This document shows, piece by piece, positions 1 to 11,965 of a stretch of 64,000 bases of DNA. Position 1 is the first letter of the stretch. Each line of letters starts with the position of its first letter. The translations under genes and the position numbers were made by a program. The stretch covers positions 181,226,001 to 181,290,000 of the forward strand of contig OZ024740.1 in assembly GCA_964016885.1 (NCBI GenBank). Reading direction: 5' to 3'. The notes beneath the pieces are model-generated. The model was not told where the DNA came from. It ran no database searches and saw nothing but the letters and a program-made list of their open reading frames with translations. Source of the stretch: Eledone cirrhosa (lineage: Eukaryota).

Positions 1-57
1 ACCACAGTGACCCTGACCACCAGGGCAAGTAACCTCTCCCAGTTTACCACCCTTAAT

Positions 58-3000
58 TTACAGACACATACTCAGAGAAGGCCCATTCATTCGGGCCATA
101 CTTGCTTCTCTCACCCATCTTTCAACAAAATGCTGGGAAGAGAGCACTTCCCTCTCTACCCTGATTTTCCTTTTCAAATGAAATTTGAAAAAGTTAATCA
201 GGGCATCACTGAAGAGGTAAGTGCTCGTCTTCAGCCCTTTCAAACGTGTCCACCATACTATCTCTTTCGCCATGGCCACCAGACAGATAAAAACTGCCTG
301 CCCTTCCCGGCTAAAGGAAGAGGGCGGGGCAATCCTCACGATGGACTCAGCTGTTAGCTGGATCCGTCCTACACGTGACAGCAGGTGTTCGACATAAACC
401 CACAAGTCAGCAATGCTCGGACACTGGACGAGTGCGTGAAGGACGGTTTCGTCGCCCTGCGCGCATCTCGGACATGCCCGGCTGACGGCACCTCCATGCC
501 TGTAGAGTTTATCCCGAACTGGCAAAGCTCCCCGGTAGCACTGCCAGGCCAGGGATTTCTGGAAGTTGTCCATAGGCCCCGGCCCGAAAGTCGTTCCGAA
601 GAGATTGGCTAGTTGATTTTCGTCGACGCCTAGAGTTTCTCCAAGTACGTCGTCGCTCTTCCCCTCCACTAATCCCCTATAGAACGCCGAGGTGGAGTTT
701 CCACTGATCACATTGCCCGATTGGTCGAGGGCTTTGAGCGCCTGAATACATTCCAGTCTCCAAGCGCTCCCTCTCCGTCTTCGCTTGACCCAGGACTGCA
801 GCTCCGTCAAGGAAACGAGCTGGGGAAAAACGTGTCCAGCAAACGGCGACCACACCTGGTCACCGTCGAGGAAGAGGTGGAGATGCCATAACCTGAGCGC
901 GTGCCTGCGCATCATCAGCCACGGCATGCCCAGCCCTCCACGTAGCGGGTGTTGACAGCAGATGGACCGCCTGAGCATCGGAGCGCGTCCTTTCCACAAG
1001 AAGCGAAAGAGCAAACGCTCCAGCGCAGTCAGGCGGGGCTTAGGACAAGGTACGACAGTCAGGCGGTAGTAGATGACGAACGCGATGTACGCATTCGCCA
1101 CCTCCGCTCGACCTTTCAGGGATAGCTTCCTCTCGGCCCATTTCTGGGTGAGAGAAGCCACCCTACTCGTCACCTCGTCCCAGTTATTGTCCGTCTGGAG
1201 ATTTGGACCGAACCAGACCCCTAGCAATTTAACCGGTCCGTCCGTCCAGCGCCCGACGACGCTGTTGGACGGCTTGGACCTGCCTCTCCAGGTGCCGAGC
1301 TGCAGGCCCACTGACTTTTCCTGGTTGATCATTGCTCCTGTCACGGCTTCGTATTCTCTTAGTGTTGTGCCGATCGGCTCGATATGTTTGGCGTTCGACA
1401 CCGCTACGGTGACATCGTCGGCATATGCTGACACGGATCTTCCGCATCCTAGTTCGCGCGGGACCCCATTCAACGTCTCCAGTTTGTGCAGTAATGGCTC
1501 GAGAGTCAATACGTACAATAGGGACGAGAGGGGACATCCTTGGCGGACCGAGCGCATGATGTTGAACGGTTCCGAAAGGTGTCCGTTCACTCTCACTACA
1601 GAGCAGATGTCGCTGTGCATGGCAGCGATCCAGCCTCTGAAGACGGGTCCAAAGCCAGCCGCCCTCAGGACTGCCGCTAGGTAACGATGGTCGACCCTAT
1701 CGAAGGCTTTCGACTGATCTAAATTGATCAAGGACCCACCCGTGCCAGGTTCCCTAGCTACCCTCTCTGCGATGTATCGCATGAGGTGGAGTTTGTCGTG
1801 GATGGATCTGTCGGGAATGGCGCATGTCTGTGCCTCTACCACCAGACCACCAACGACAAGCGCCAACCTCTTTGCTAGCACCTTGTCCAAAATCTTGAAC
1901 TCTGTATTTAGCAGAGTTATGGGCCTAAAATTATCTATGTTATCCCCCTTGTTCGGATCCGTTCTCACCAGCGCCACCGCTCCTCGGCTCACAGAGCTGG
2001 GAATTCTCCCGTTCTGTTGCCAGTTGCAGTAGACGTCCGCCAAGAGGCCTCCGAACAAGTCTGGCATTTGTACGTAAAGTTCATAGGGCAGACCATCCAA
2101 ACCAGGCGATTTACCCCTTGTGCAGCCAGTCATTGCCTCCCGTACTTCAGCGGTTGTTATCGGCTTTTCGCAACACACCGCCTCAGTGGCCGAAAGCCGC
2201 GGCAGTCCGTCGAGGTAGACACTAAAGTCCATCACTCGATCCGGCCCGCCACTACCCCCGAACAATTGAGCGAAGTGTCGCTGAAAAGCTTCACACATTT
2301 GCGCGGGATCGAGTAGCATGCGCCCGTCGTGGTCCACCAAAGACGGATCGTGGCTTTATTGCCAAGACGCGCCTCCGCCACTCGGGCCCATTGAACGGCT
2401 TTCGTCCCCTCGTGTCTGAGAGCACGCACCCTAGCTCTGACAACGCAGCTTTCGTGCTTTGCATTGAAGAATTGGTCAAGGGCCAATTTCGCCGCAAGTA
2501 CGTCGGTCGCGATGCCTTTGCTAAGCGCCTCTCTAATTTTCTAACTAATTCTCCCTCTGCTCTATTTTTCTCTATTGCTAAAGTCTTACTAAACCTAATG
2601 GACTCTATTCTAATTGCTCTTTTCAGAGCAAACCACCACTTGTTGTTGACGATGTCCCCCGTCAACGCCCGCTGAACTAGATAATCCGGTCTCTGTAGAC
2701 CTTGCGCGCTGGTAAGGACGCGTTGAGCTTCCAGTAGCCGGGTCCTCGTCTATGAAGACTATCTAAGTCAAGCACACGGATCACGAATTTGTGGTCCGTG
2801 TAGCTGACTATCTTGAATTGTTGCCAGCCTATGCTAGATCTATCTATTTCCATACAAAATAATCTATCTAGATATCATCTGAATGACCCGATACGATTTG
2901 TCCAAGTCCACATTGGTACATTCGGGAAATCCAATCGGTACCTGTCAGACAATTCAAAACGCCTGAGCAGGTTGGTGAGACTCTTGTACCCTCCTCACCT

Positions 3001-3469
3001 ATCCACTAATCCCACACAGTCCCAGCGTGCATCTAAGATTCCGTTCCAGTCCTCCACTAGCACTAAAGAGCCGGACGTTCCAAGAAAGGTCTCCAGACGC
3101 CGGAAGGCCGCCCTGCTCCTATCGGAGCATAGACTACCACTAACCTGAAAGCTTGCCCGTCTCCGCTGGTCACGTCTAGCACCAACAACTTACCTTCTGG
3201 GTCCAGGAAGATGGCCCGTATGGCAAGATCCAAACTTCTCCGAAAAAGGACAGCAAATTCCCCCCCCCCCTTCATACCGGACGGCTGGGAGATGCGTACA
3301 CAACGTAGCCGCCGAAAGCGGGTGCCAAGGCCCGTGCTTCGGAGATTCTGGTCTCGCTGATGGCCACTACATGTATGTTTAGTGACCTGAGGTCGTTGAG
3401 CAGGTGGCCCTGCTTCCATGACGACCCCAAGCCACGCGCATTTATGCTGCCTATTCTGAGTGAGGTCAT
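58..3469 (-). pseudogene. Tx1-like ORF2 (APE endonuclease, reverse transcriptase, zf-RVT-like C-terminus), frameshifted
   Basis: RIGSINARGL and VAISET (APE); FRPITLLN, LDQSKAFDRVDH, SVRQGCPLS, AYADD (RT); CPRC..ETVLHALVQC. Split over ORFs 3272-3469, 3063-3503, 2291-2665 and 58-2340. Confidence 0.92.
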
Positions 3470-3503
3470 GTTGAATTGGAGTGGAAAAGATGGGAAAGAC
3501 CAC

Positions 3504-5490
3504 TTACCTTACTTCTCGTAGAGGAAGGACGGTTTCTCCATCCTTTCCACTGCTTTTGCCCTCCTCAGGAAGGATGTCCTTATAAATTCACCTGGAGAGT
3601 GCTTGTCGGAAGTCTCCGATGTCTTTGAGGAATTTTTGTTTTAGTGTCATGTACGTTTTCTGTGTGATGCGAGTGATTTGTATGTGTGGGGGTGGTGTGA
3701 ATTTTTGGGTTGTTGTGTAGTCTTTTTCTGTGATGCTGGTGTTGTGTTGGATGTAGTGTAATAATTGGTTGTTGTTCAAATTTAATGCTGTGTAGTGTGT
3801 ATCGTTTTGGCTGATTTGTTTTGTTTGCGTTTGCTGTGGGTTTGTTTCTGTTTCGCATTTTGGTGAAATTGTGGTGTAGGTGATGGTGGTGTTGGGGTTA
3901 ATGATGGTGATGGTGTTGGTGTTTGGCGTGATGGGGTTAATGCTGCTGGTTTGGATGGTGCCATATCTGTCCTAACTTTTTTGTTTGTTAATTTATTTGT
4001 TTCCCTCTGTATTTTGTTTTTGGAGGGGGAAGGAAGAGAATTTTTTCTTTTATAGTTTCTTTTTTTTTTCCTGATACCGTTTCTCACTCCTCGTCGTCAC
4101 AATCTGTCTCCAGTTGTGATAGGCCGGGGAGTGGAAACTCCTCCACAGCCGTTAGTTTTGGTTGTGGCGTGGTGGAAGGTGTAGGCGCTGGTGATAGTTC
4201 TGAAGCGTTGGGTGGTGGTGGTGTTGGTTTTGCTGGTGGTGATGGTGTTGGTTTTGCTACTGTTGCTGGGGTTGCTGCTTTTATAGTTGCTTCTGTTGTT
4301 TCTGCTACAGTTGTTGCTGCCATCTCTGCTACTGGTGGTGTTGGTGGTTGAGTAACTAGGGTCGGTAGGAGAAGTGGTCTCAACCTTTTAGCCTGAGAAC
4401 AGAAATCCCTTAGGCGGGTTCCTTCACCACAAACGACACACCTAGGCCTTCTGCCCTCCCCAATTACGGTGAGGTGGCTGCCGTCAGTGAGGTCTATTAC
4501 CTCTGGGATCTCCTCAATGCTTTTTTGGTCCGCTTGGATCAGGAGCTCCATCCCAGATCCGGACCAGTTCTCCTGCTTTTCTTTTGCTATTGCTATTATC
4601 TTTGTGCTGGCTTCGATGCCGGCGAGGACGGCCGCTATTAGCCAGGGAATTTCGATGGCCGGTGGAACGTGGGTCACCCTGATCTTTACGAGTCTCTGGC
4701 CACAATAGCTTGGGACGAGTGTGAAGTCGTCACTTTTTAATGGGGCCATGGAGTGTTCTCTAGCCTCCTCTGGTGTTTCAAAGAACACATCCACGGTTCC
4801 ATACTTTTGCCCACGTCTTATGTGGGTTTTTCTTGCCCACACATGTCCCAAAGCTTTTTGGATTTGGGAATCGGATGCCCTTCCACTCGGCGCTATTTTA
4901 CATTAATTGTTCGATACGACACGGTGCATAGGCGCCGATGCTCCATTTTATTAGGTGTGGCGGGGGGGGGGGGGGGGGGGGCTGACCCTGTACCCATCTT
5001 TCTTTACCATTTTTTTGGCATTTTCTAATTCCGCCTGAGATACCGTAAATGCTTCGCACTGTTTTGCTACTCTGGCAAAACTCAGGGTGGTTTTTTTTAA
5101 CGTCATTTTTGCTTTTGTTGTTATCGTTATTTTTGTTATTATTAATTTTAGTTTCAGTTGTGGTGGTGGTGACGTCAGTGGTGTTTGGTGTGGAAGTGGA
5201 ATAGTCCATTTTGGTTGAAATTATTTCGACATCACGAGTTGATTTATTTTTCCTTTTGTTTCTGTTGTCGCGGTGGTGGTTGTCGCGGTGGTGGTGGAGG
5301 CTTTAACACCTGCAGTCATTGGTAATGGCGGGAAATGAATGTCTGCCTGAGACAAATATAAAATATTGCTACTGCTTATATTTGTTGTAGTGTTGGCAAA
5401 CGTAGTAACATTTACAATGGTGGTGTCGGTGTGAGGTGTTAATTTATGAGGAAGGCTTTTAGCTGCTTGGTGCAGAGGTGAATTAGCCAT
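3504..5490 (-). pseudogene. Tx1-like ORF1, type 1 (RRM-like region, CCHC knuckle, Pro/Thr-rich), disrupted
   Basis: Fragments 5221-5490, 4898-5209, 4084-4851, 3782-4087 and 3588-3779 are colinear with copy C. Knuckle CVVCGEGTRLRDFC; ends LREVR*. The start position is uncertain. Confidence 0.75.
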
Positions 5491-5700
5491 TTTTTTTTCA
5501 AAGAAATGTTTTGATAATCATAAAAGTTTAAATTTTGGGCACAAGGCCCCAATCTTTTTGGGTGTCCTTTTCGGAAAACAATGTATGTGCGCTTATATAT
5601 AGTTAACAATAACAATTTTCCATAAATGGCAATTTTTAACAAACGGAAATAACAAACCTTTGCGGACCTCACGATGATACGATTTACTACGTAGGTCGCC

Positions 5701-5740
<40 letters not shown>

Positions 5741-5890
5741 TGGAACGCTTCAAAAGGCATGCTTGCTTGGAACAGCAAGAACCCTCCGATACGTCCTGAA
5801 TATCTGAGGCTGCAGGTAGTGGCTTGATATTCAATCCAACGGACTTTCCAGTTAACCAACATCAATGACTGAGATTCAAGGAATAACAAC

Positions 5891-5932
<42 letters not shown>
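5701..5932 (+). mobile_element. (AAT)n, a ~145 bp 3' fragment of the R4/Dong-like LINE (5741-5887), then (AAT)n
   Basis: Matches the end of ORF 13372-16422 (GTLQKACLLGTARTLRYVLNI*) plus its 3'UTR. Confidence 0.92.
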
Positions 5933-5934
<2 letters not shown>

Positions 5935-6182
5935 TTTCTTTATTAACCACAAGGGTTTACATAAAGTAGACATTAAGGACAGTGCAGGACAATGCAGGAC
6001 GGTACAAATGGGCATTTCTGCGTGTAAAAAACAAAAACAGAGGATGTAACAAAAAATAACAATGAAAAATTCCCCAATAGGGGGCAAACTTCGGAGGGAC
6101 ATTTGTGGAGAAAGCCCAGTAAAAAGCCACAATGACCCTGACCACCAAGGCAAGTGCCCTCTCCCAGTTTTCCACCTTTAAT

Positions 6183-9100
6183 TTACAGATATATACTCAG
6201 AGTAGGCCAATTCACTCGGGCCATTCTTGCTTCTCTCACCCATCTTTCAACAAAATGCTGGGAAGAGAGCACTTCCCTCTCTACTCTGATTTTCCTTTTC
6301 ATATGAAATTTGAAAAAGTCAATCAGAGCATCACCGAAGAGGTAAGTGCTCGTCTTCAGCCCTTTCAAACGTGTCCACCATACTATCTCTTTCACCATGG
6401 CCACCAGGCAGATAAAAACTGCCTACCCTTCCCGGCTAAAGGAGGAGGGCGGGGCAATCCTCACGATGGACTCAGATGATAGCCGGATCCGTCCTAAACG
6501 CGACAGCAGGTGTTCGACATAAACCCACAAGTCAGCAATTTTCGGACACTGGACGAGTGCGTGCAGGACGGTTTCGTCGCCCTGCGCGCATCTCGGACAT
6601 GCCCGGCTGACGGCACCTCCATGACTGTAGAGTTTATACCGAACTGGCAAGGCTCCTCGGTAGCACTGCCAGGCCAGAGATTTCTGGAAGTTGTCCATAG
6701 GCCCTGGCCCGAAAGTTCTTCCGAAGAGATTGGCTAGTTGATTTTCGTCGACGCCTAGAGTTTCCCCAAGTACGTCGTCGCTCTTCCCCTCCACTAATCC
6801 TCTATAGAACGCCGAGGTGGAGTTTCCACCGATCACATTGCCCGATTGGTCGAGGGCTGTGAGCGCCTGAAGACATTCCAGTCTCCAGGCGCTCCCTCTC
6901 GGTCTTCGCTTGACCCAGGACTGCAGCTCCGTCAAGGAAACGAGCTGGGGAAAAACGCGTCTAGCAAACGGCGACCACACCTGATCACCGTCGAGGAAGA
7001 GGTGGAGATGTCGTAGCCTGAGCGCGTGCCTGCGCATCATCAGCCACGGCATGCCCAGCCCTCCACGTAGCGGGTGTTGACAACAGATGGACCGCCTGAC
7101 CATCGGAGCACGTCCCTTCCACAAAAAGCGAAAGAGCAAACGCTCCAGCGCAGTCAGGCGAGGCTTAGGACAAGGTACGACGGTTAGGCGGTAGCAGATG
7201 ACAGACGCGATGTACGCGTTAGCCACCTCCGCTCGACCTTTCAGGGATAGCTTCCTCTCGGCCCATTTCTGGGTGAGAGAAGCCACCCTGCTCGTCACCT
7301 CGTCCCAGTTTTTGTCCGTCTGGAGGTCCGGACCGAACCAGACCCCTAGCAATTTAACCGGTCCGTCCGTCCAGCGCCCGACGACGCTGTTGGACGGCAT
7401 GGACCTGCCTCTCCAGGTGCCGAGCTGCAGGCCCACCGACTTTTCCTGGTTGATCATTGCTCCTGTCACAGCTTAGTATTCTCTTAGTGTAGTGCCGATC
7501 GCCTCGATGTGTTTGGCGTTCGACACCACTACGGTGACATCGTCCGCATATGCTGACACGGATCTTCCGCATCCTAGTTCGCGCGGGACTCCCCTCAACG
7601 TCTCCAGTTTGTGCAGTAATGGCTCGAGAGTCAATACGTACAAGAGGGACGAGAGGGGACATCCTTGGCGGACCGAGCGCATGATGTTGAACGGTTCCGA
7701 CAGGTGACCGTTCACTCTCACCACAGTGCAGATGTCGCTGTGCATGGCAGCGATCCAGCCTCTGAAGACGGGCCCAAAGCCAGCCGCCCTCAGGACTGCC
7801 GCTAGGTAACGATGGTCGACCCTATCGAAAGCTTTCGACTGATCTAAATTGATCAAGGACCCACCCGTGCCAGGTACCTTAGCTACCCTCTCTATGATGT
7901 ATCGCATGAGGTGGAGGTTGTCGTGGATGGATCTGTCGGGAATGGCGCATGTCTGCGCCTCTCCCACCAGACCACCAACGACAAGCGCCAACCTCTTTGC
8001 AAGCACCTTGGCCAAAATCTTGAACTTTGTGTTTAGCAGAGTTATGGGCCGGAAATTTTCTATGTTATCCCCCTTGTTCGGATCCTTTCTCAGCAGTGCC
8101 ACCGCTCCTCGGCTCACAGAACTGGGAATTCTCCCGTTCTGTTGCCAGTTGCAGTAGACGTCCGCCAAGAGGCCTCCGAACAAGTCTGGCATCTGTACGT
8201 AAAGTTCATAGGGCAGACCATCCAAACCAGGCGATTTACCCCTTGTGCAGCCAGTCATTGCCTCCCTTACTTCAGCGGCTGTTATCGGCTTTTCGCAACA
8301 CTTCGCCTCAGTGGCCGAGAGCCGCGGCAGTCCGTCGAGGTAGACACTAAAGTCCATCCCTCTACCCGGCCCACCGCTGCCCCCGAACAGCTGAGCGAAG
8401 TGTCGCTGAAAAGCTTCACACATTTGCCCGGGATCGAGTAGCATGCGCCCGTCGTGGTCCACCAAAGACCGGATCGTGGCTTTGTTGAAACGACGCGCCT
8501 CCGCCACTCGGGCCCATTGAACGGCTTTCGTCCCCTCGTGTCTGAGAGCACGCACCCTAGCTCTGACAACGCAGCCTTCGTGCTTTGCATTGAAGAATTG
8601 GTCAAGGGCCAATTTCGCCGCAAGCACGTCGGTCGCAATGCCTTTGCTAAGCGCCTCGTCTAATTTTCTAACTAGTTCTCCCTCTGCTCTATTTTTCTCT
8701 ATTGCTAAAGCCTTACTAAACCTAATCGATTCTATTCTAATCGCTCTTTTCAGAGCAAACCACCACTTGTTGTTGACGATGGCCCCCGTCAACGCCCGCT
8801 TAACTTTCGCTAATCCGGTCTCTGTAGGCCTTGCGCGCTGGTAAGGACGCGTTTAGCTTCCAGTAGCCGGGTCCTCGTCTATGAAGCCTATCTAAGTCAA
8901 GCACACAGGTCACGAATTTGTGGTCCGTGTAGCTGACTATCTTGAATTGTGGACAGCCTATGCTAGACCTATCTATTTCCCTACAAAATACTCTATCTAG
9001 ATATGATCTGACCCTATGCGGTTTGTCCAAGTCCACATTGGCACATTCGGGAAATCCAATCGGTACCTGTCAGACAGTTCAAAACGCCTGAGCAGGTTGG

Positions 9101-9596
9101 TGAGGCTCTTGCACCCTCCACCCCTATCCGCTAATCCCACACAGTCCCAGCGTGCATCTAAGATCCCGTTCCAGTCGCCCACTAACACTAAAGAGCGGGA
9201 CGTTCCAAGAAAGGTCTCCAGACGCCGGAAGAAATCAGGCCGCCCTGCTCCTGTCGGGGCATAGACGGCCACTAGCCTGAAAGCTTGCCCGGCTCCGCTG
9301 GTCACGTCCAGCACCACCAGCTTACCCTCTGGGTCCAGGAAGATGGCCCGTAGGGCGAGATCCAAACCTCTCCGAAAAAGCACAGCAACTCCTCCACCGG
9401 ATCCAGGACGGCTGGGAGATGCGTACACATCGTAGCCGCCGAAGATCGGTGCGAAGGCCCGTGCTTCGGAGATTCTGGTCTCGCTGATGGCCACTACATC
9501 TATGTTTAGTGACCTGAGGTCGTTGAGCAGGTGACCCTGCTTCCATGACGACCCCAAGCCACGCGCATTTATGCTGCCTATTCTGAGTGAGGTCAT
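6183..9596 (-). pseudogene. Tx1-like ORF2 of copy B (APE + RT) with stops and frameshifts
   Basis: ORFs 8997-9596, 8800-9036, 7473-8792, 6423-7469 and 6183-6404. In-frame stops at 7473 and 6423. Confidence 0.92.
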
Positions 9597-9631
9597 GTTT
9601 AAAATAGAGTGGAAAAGATGGGAAAGACCAC

Positions 9632-11726
9632 TTACCGTACTTTTGGTAGAGGAGGGATGATTTTTACATCCCTTTTCACTTGATCGTCTGGTGAAGGGAC
9701 CGTTGAATCGTCCCTTCGGCTGGTCGTCGGCTCTTCTAAGAGAATGTCTGAATATACTCTTCGATTGATCGTTCCTCCTAGGTCCCTGAAATCACCAACT
9801 GCGTTGGGGAATTTCGTTTTAATGTTTGTGTATTGTTTCTGTGCTATTTTTAGCAGTCTTATGTTAGTTGGCGTTTTGATTGGTGCTGGTATTATGTAGT
9901 CCTGTTGTGAAATGTCTGTGTGTTCAATTATGTAAGTCATTAGTTTCTTGTTGTGTGTGTTTATTGCCGTGCATTTGTTTTTCTGGGGGTGGGGTGTGGT
10001 TCTGCTATTTTCTTGTCGTTGTTGCTGGGTGTGTGTGTTTTGTTGTTGTGTTTGCGATGTTGGTGCTTGTGGTGGTGGAGTTGAAGGTGTTGTTGGCGGT
10101 GGGGTTGTCGCCGGTGGAGATGGTGGTGCTGGTGTGGGTGGTGATGGTGTTGGTGGTGTTGCTGCTGTGGGTCTCTTTGCAGTAGACTTTACCCTTTTCT
10201 CATTTCTTTCCTCCCTTTTCAAAGGCGACGATGCGCTGCTTCTGCGTTTGTGCCTTCTTGCGACCTTTTGCCATCCCTCTCCCACCTAACACTCCATGTC
10301 TGATTCTGTGAGGTCGGGGAGGGGTACCAGCTCCACTCTTTCAGTTGTTGTTGTTGGTGATGTTTGCACTGGAGTCTCTGTTGCAGCTGCATTTGGTATT
10401 GCTGTTGTTGTTGTTAATATTTCCACTGCTGCTGCAGTTTTTGATTTCCGTGGAGTGGGTATGGGTGCCACGGACCTATCGTTCCTGGTTGCCGCTTGTC
10501 CTGTTGCTGGTAGCCGTGGAGCCGGATTCGGAAGGAGGGGGGTTTTCTCCTTTCTCAGGGTCTTCTCGTTGTAGAAGGCCCTGAGGTGAGTCTTCGATCC
10601 ACAGCGAAAGCATTTCGGGCGTTTGCCCTCAACACTTATGGGCAGTTGAGTGCCGTTATCGAAGTCTATCACATCCGGGATAGCTTCGATGCACTCCTGG
10701 TTGGTTTGGATTAGCATCTCAATGGAGGAGCCGACCCAATCTTCTCCTACTTTTTTCTGTACTTGCAGTACAGTTGTTTTGTCCTCGATTCCGACGAGGA
10801 CGGACGGGGCCAGCCAAGAAGGGGTCATTCCGGGGGGGACGTGGGTCAGTTTGACCCTCACAATTTTTTGCCCGCAGTAGGAGGGCACCAACACCATTTC
10901 CTCGCTCCTTAGGGTCACTACTGATTGGGCCTTTGCCTCCTGGGGTGTGGCAAAAAGTACGTCTACGGTGGCATATTTTTTGCCTCGGGTGATGTGCGTT
11001 TTTCGCTGCCACACAGACCCCAAGGCTTTTTGTATTTGGGCCTGTGGCTCTTTCCACCCTACGGAATTTTGTACTTACTGTACGGTATGTGACCGTACAG
11101 TGCTCTTGGGTTTCGAAAAACTTTTCCGCTGCCTTGCAGATTGCTCGGTGTCCGTTCTTTGTCACCATCTTCTTCGCTTCCTCTAATTCCTCATTTGTTA
11201 TGAGGATTGTTTCCAAGTTTTTCGCAATACCTGCAAATGAGATTGGTTTTTCTCTGCTGTTGTTGTTGTCGTCAGAGCTGCTGGTACTTTTGTTGTTGCT
11301 GCAGGTACTACGACTACTGCCTCCGCCTCTGTTGCTGTGGTTGTTGTTGGTGTTGCTGCTGCTAATGCTGTTGTTGTTTATGCTGCTGGTGATGCTGTTG
11401 CGGCTGCTACTGTTGTTTTCATTGTCACTGTTGCTGTTGTTATTACGGCTGCTACTGCTATTATTCCTGACGTCAGACGAATGAACTGGGTTTTCGTATT
11501 TCCCGCACACCTGTTTCGTCGCTGTCGTCGTCGTCGTGGAGAAACCTTGCACGCTTTGCACGAGACTTTTCTTTTCTTTCGTCACTTGCGAAAGAGAAGG
11601 GAGGGAGAGAGACACATTTAAAGAAGGGAGGGAGAGAGACAATCTTCTCTCTGCTGTAGTGATGATTGAGGGAGAAGAAAACGGAATGAGTGGGAGTGAC
11701 GTATGAAATTTCTTTTTCGTAACCAT
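9632..11726 (-). pseudogene. Tx1-like ORF1, type 2 (Ser/Asn-rich N-terminus, RRM-like region, knuckle CFRCGSKTHLRAFY, Pro/Thr-rich)
   Basis: ORFs 10719-11726, 10286-11023 and 9632-10285; the last two are in one frame, separated by a single TAG. Homologous to type 1 (LVPSYCGQ, VEG.RP.C). Confidence 0.78.
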
Positions 11727-11965
11727 GTTGTTTTTTGTTTAAAATGAAATTTTGGGTACAAAACCCCAATAACTGGTTATTTAACCCCGAAGGGCCAAAT
11801 AACGGACAGAAAGACCCCTCTCACGAGGAGGAGGGTGTCTTTATGCACAATTTGGTTCAAGTTTTAAACAATTTACAATTGTTTTAACGGTTAAAAATTG
11901 CTATACCTTACAGAGCCGAGCCTCCGTCAACCATGGCATTCAATAATAATAATAATAATAATAAT

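Larger units (their letters stand above)
1..5700 (-). mobile_element. L1/Tx1-like non-LTR retrotransposon, copy A (5' end intact, 3' end beyond the window edge)
   Basis: Disrupted ORF1 followed by APE + RT + C-terminal cysteine-motif ORF2. The sense 5' end GGCGACCTACG abuts (AAT)n at the same base as in copy C. Confidence 0.92.
5933..11941 (-). mobile_element. L1/Tx1-like retrotransposon, copy B, full length (~6.0 kb), with a different ORF1/5'UTR
   Basis: Sense 3' end AATAAAGAAATC-(ATT)n; sense 5' end GAATGCCATGG abutting the repeat. ORF2 is close to A and C, while ORF1 is only distantly related. Confidence 0.92.

Noticed and set aside
11810-11842. TCCTCGTG in the 5'UTR of copy B, resembling L3 of HDV-like ribozymes; also the G-start 5' ends of A and C
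   Set aside because: I could not build P1, P3 and P2 in the HDV order. The motif lies in a simple hairpin, and the 5' pairing seen in A is broken in C.
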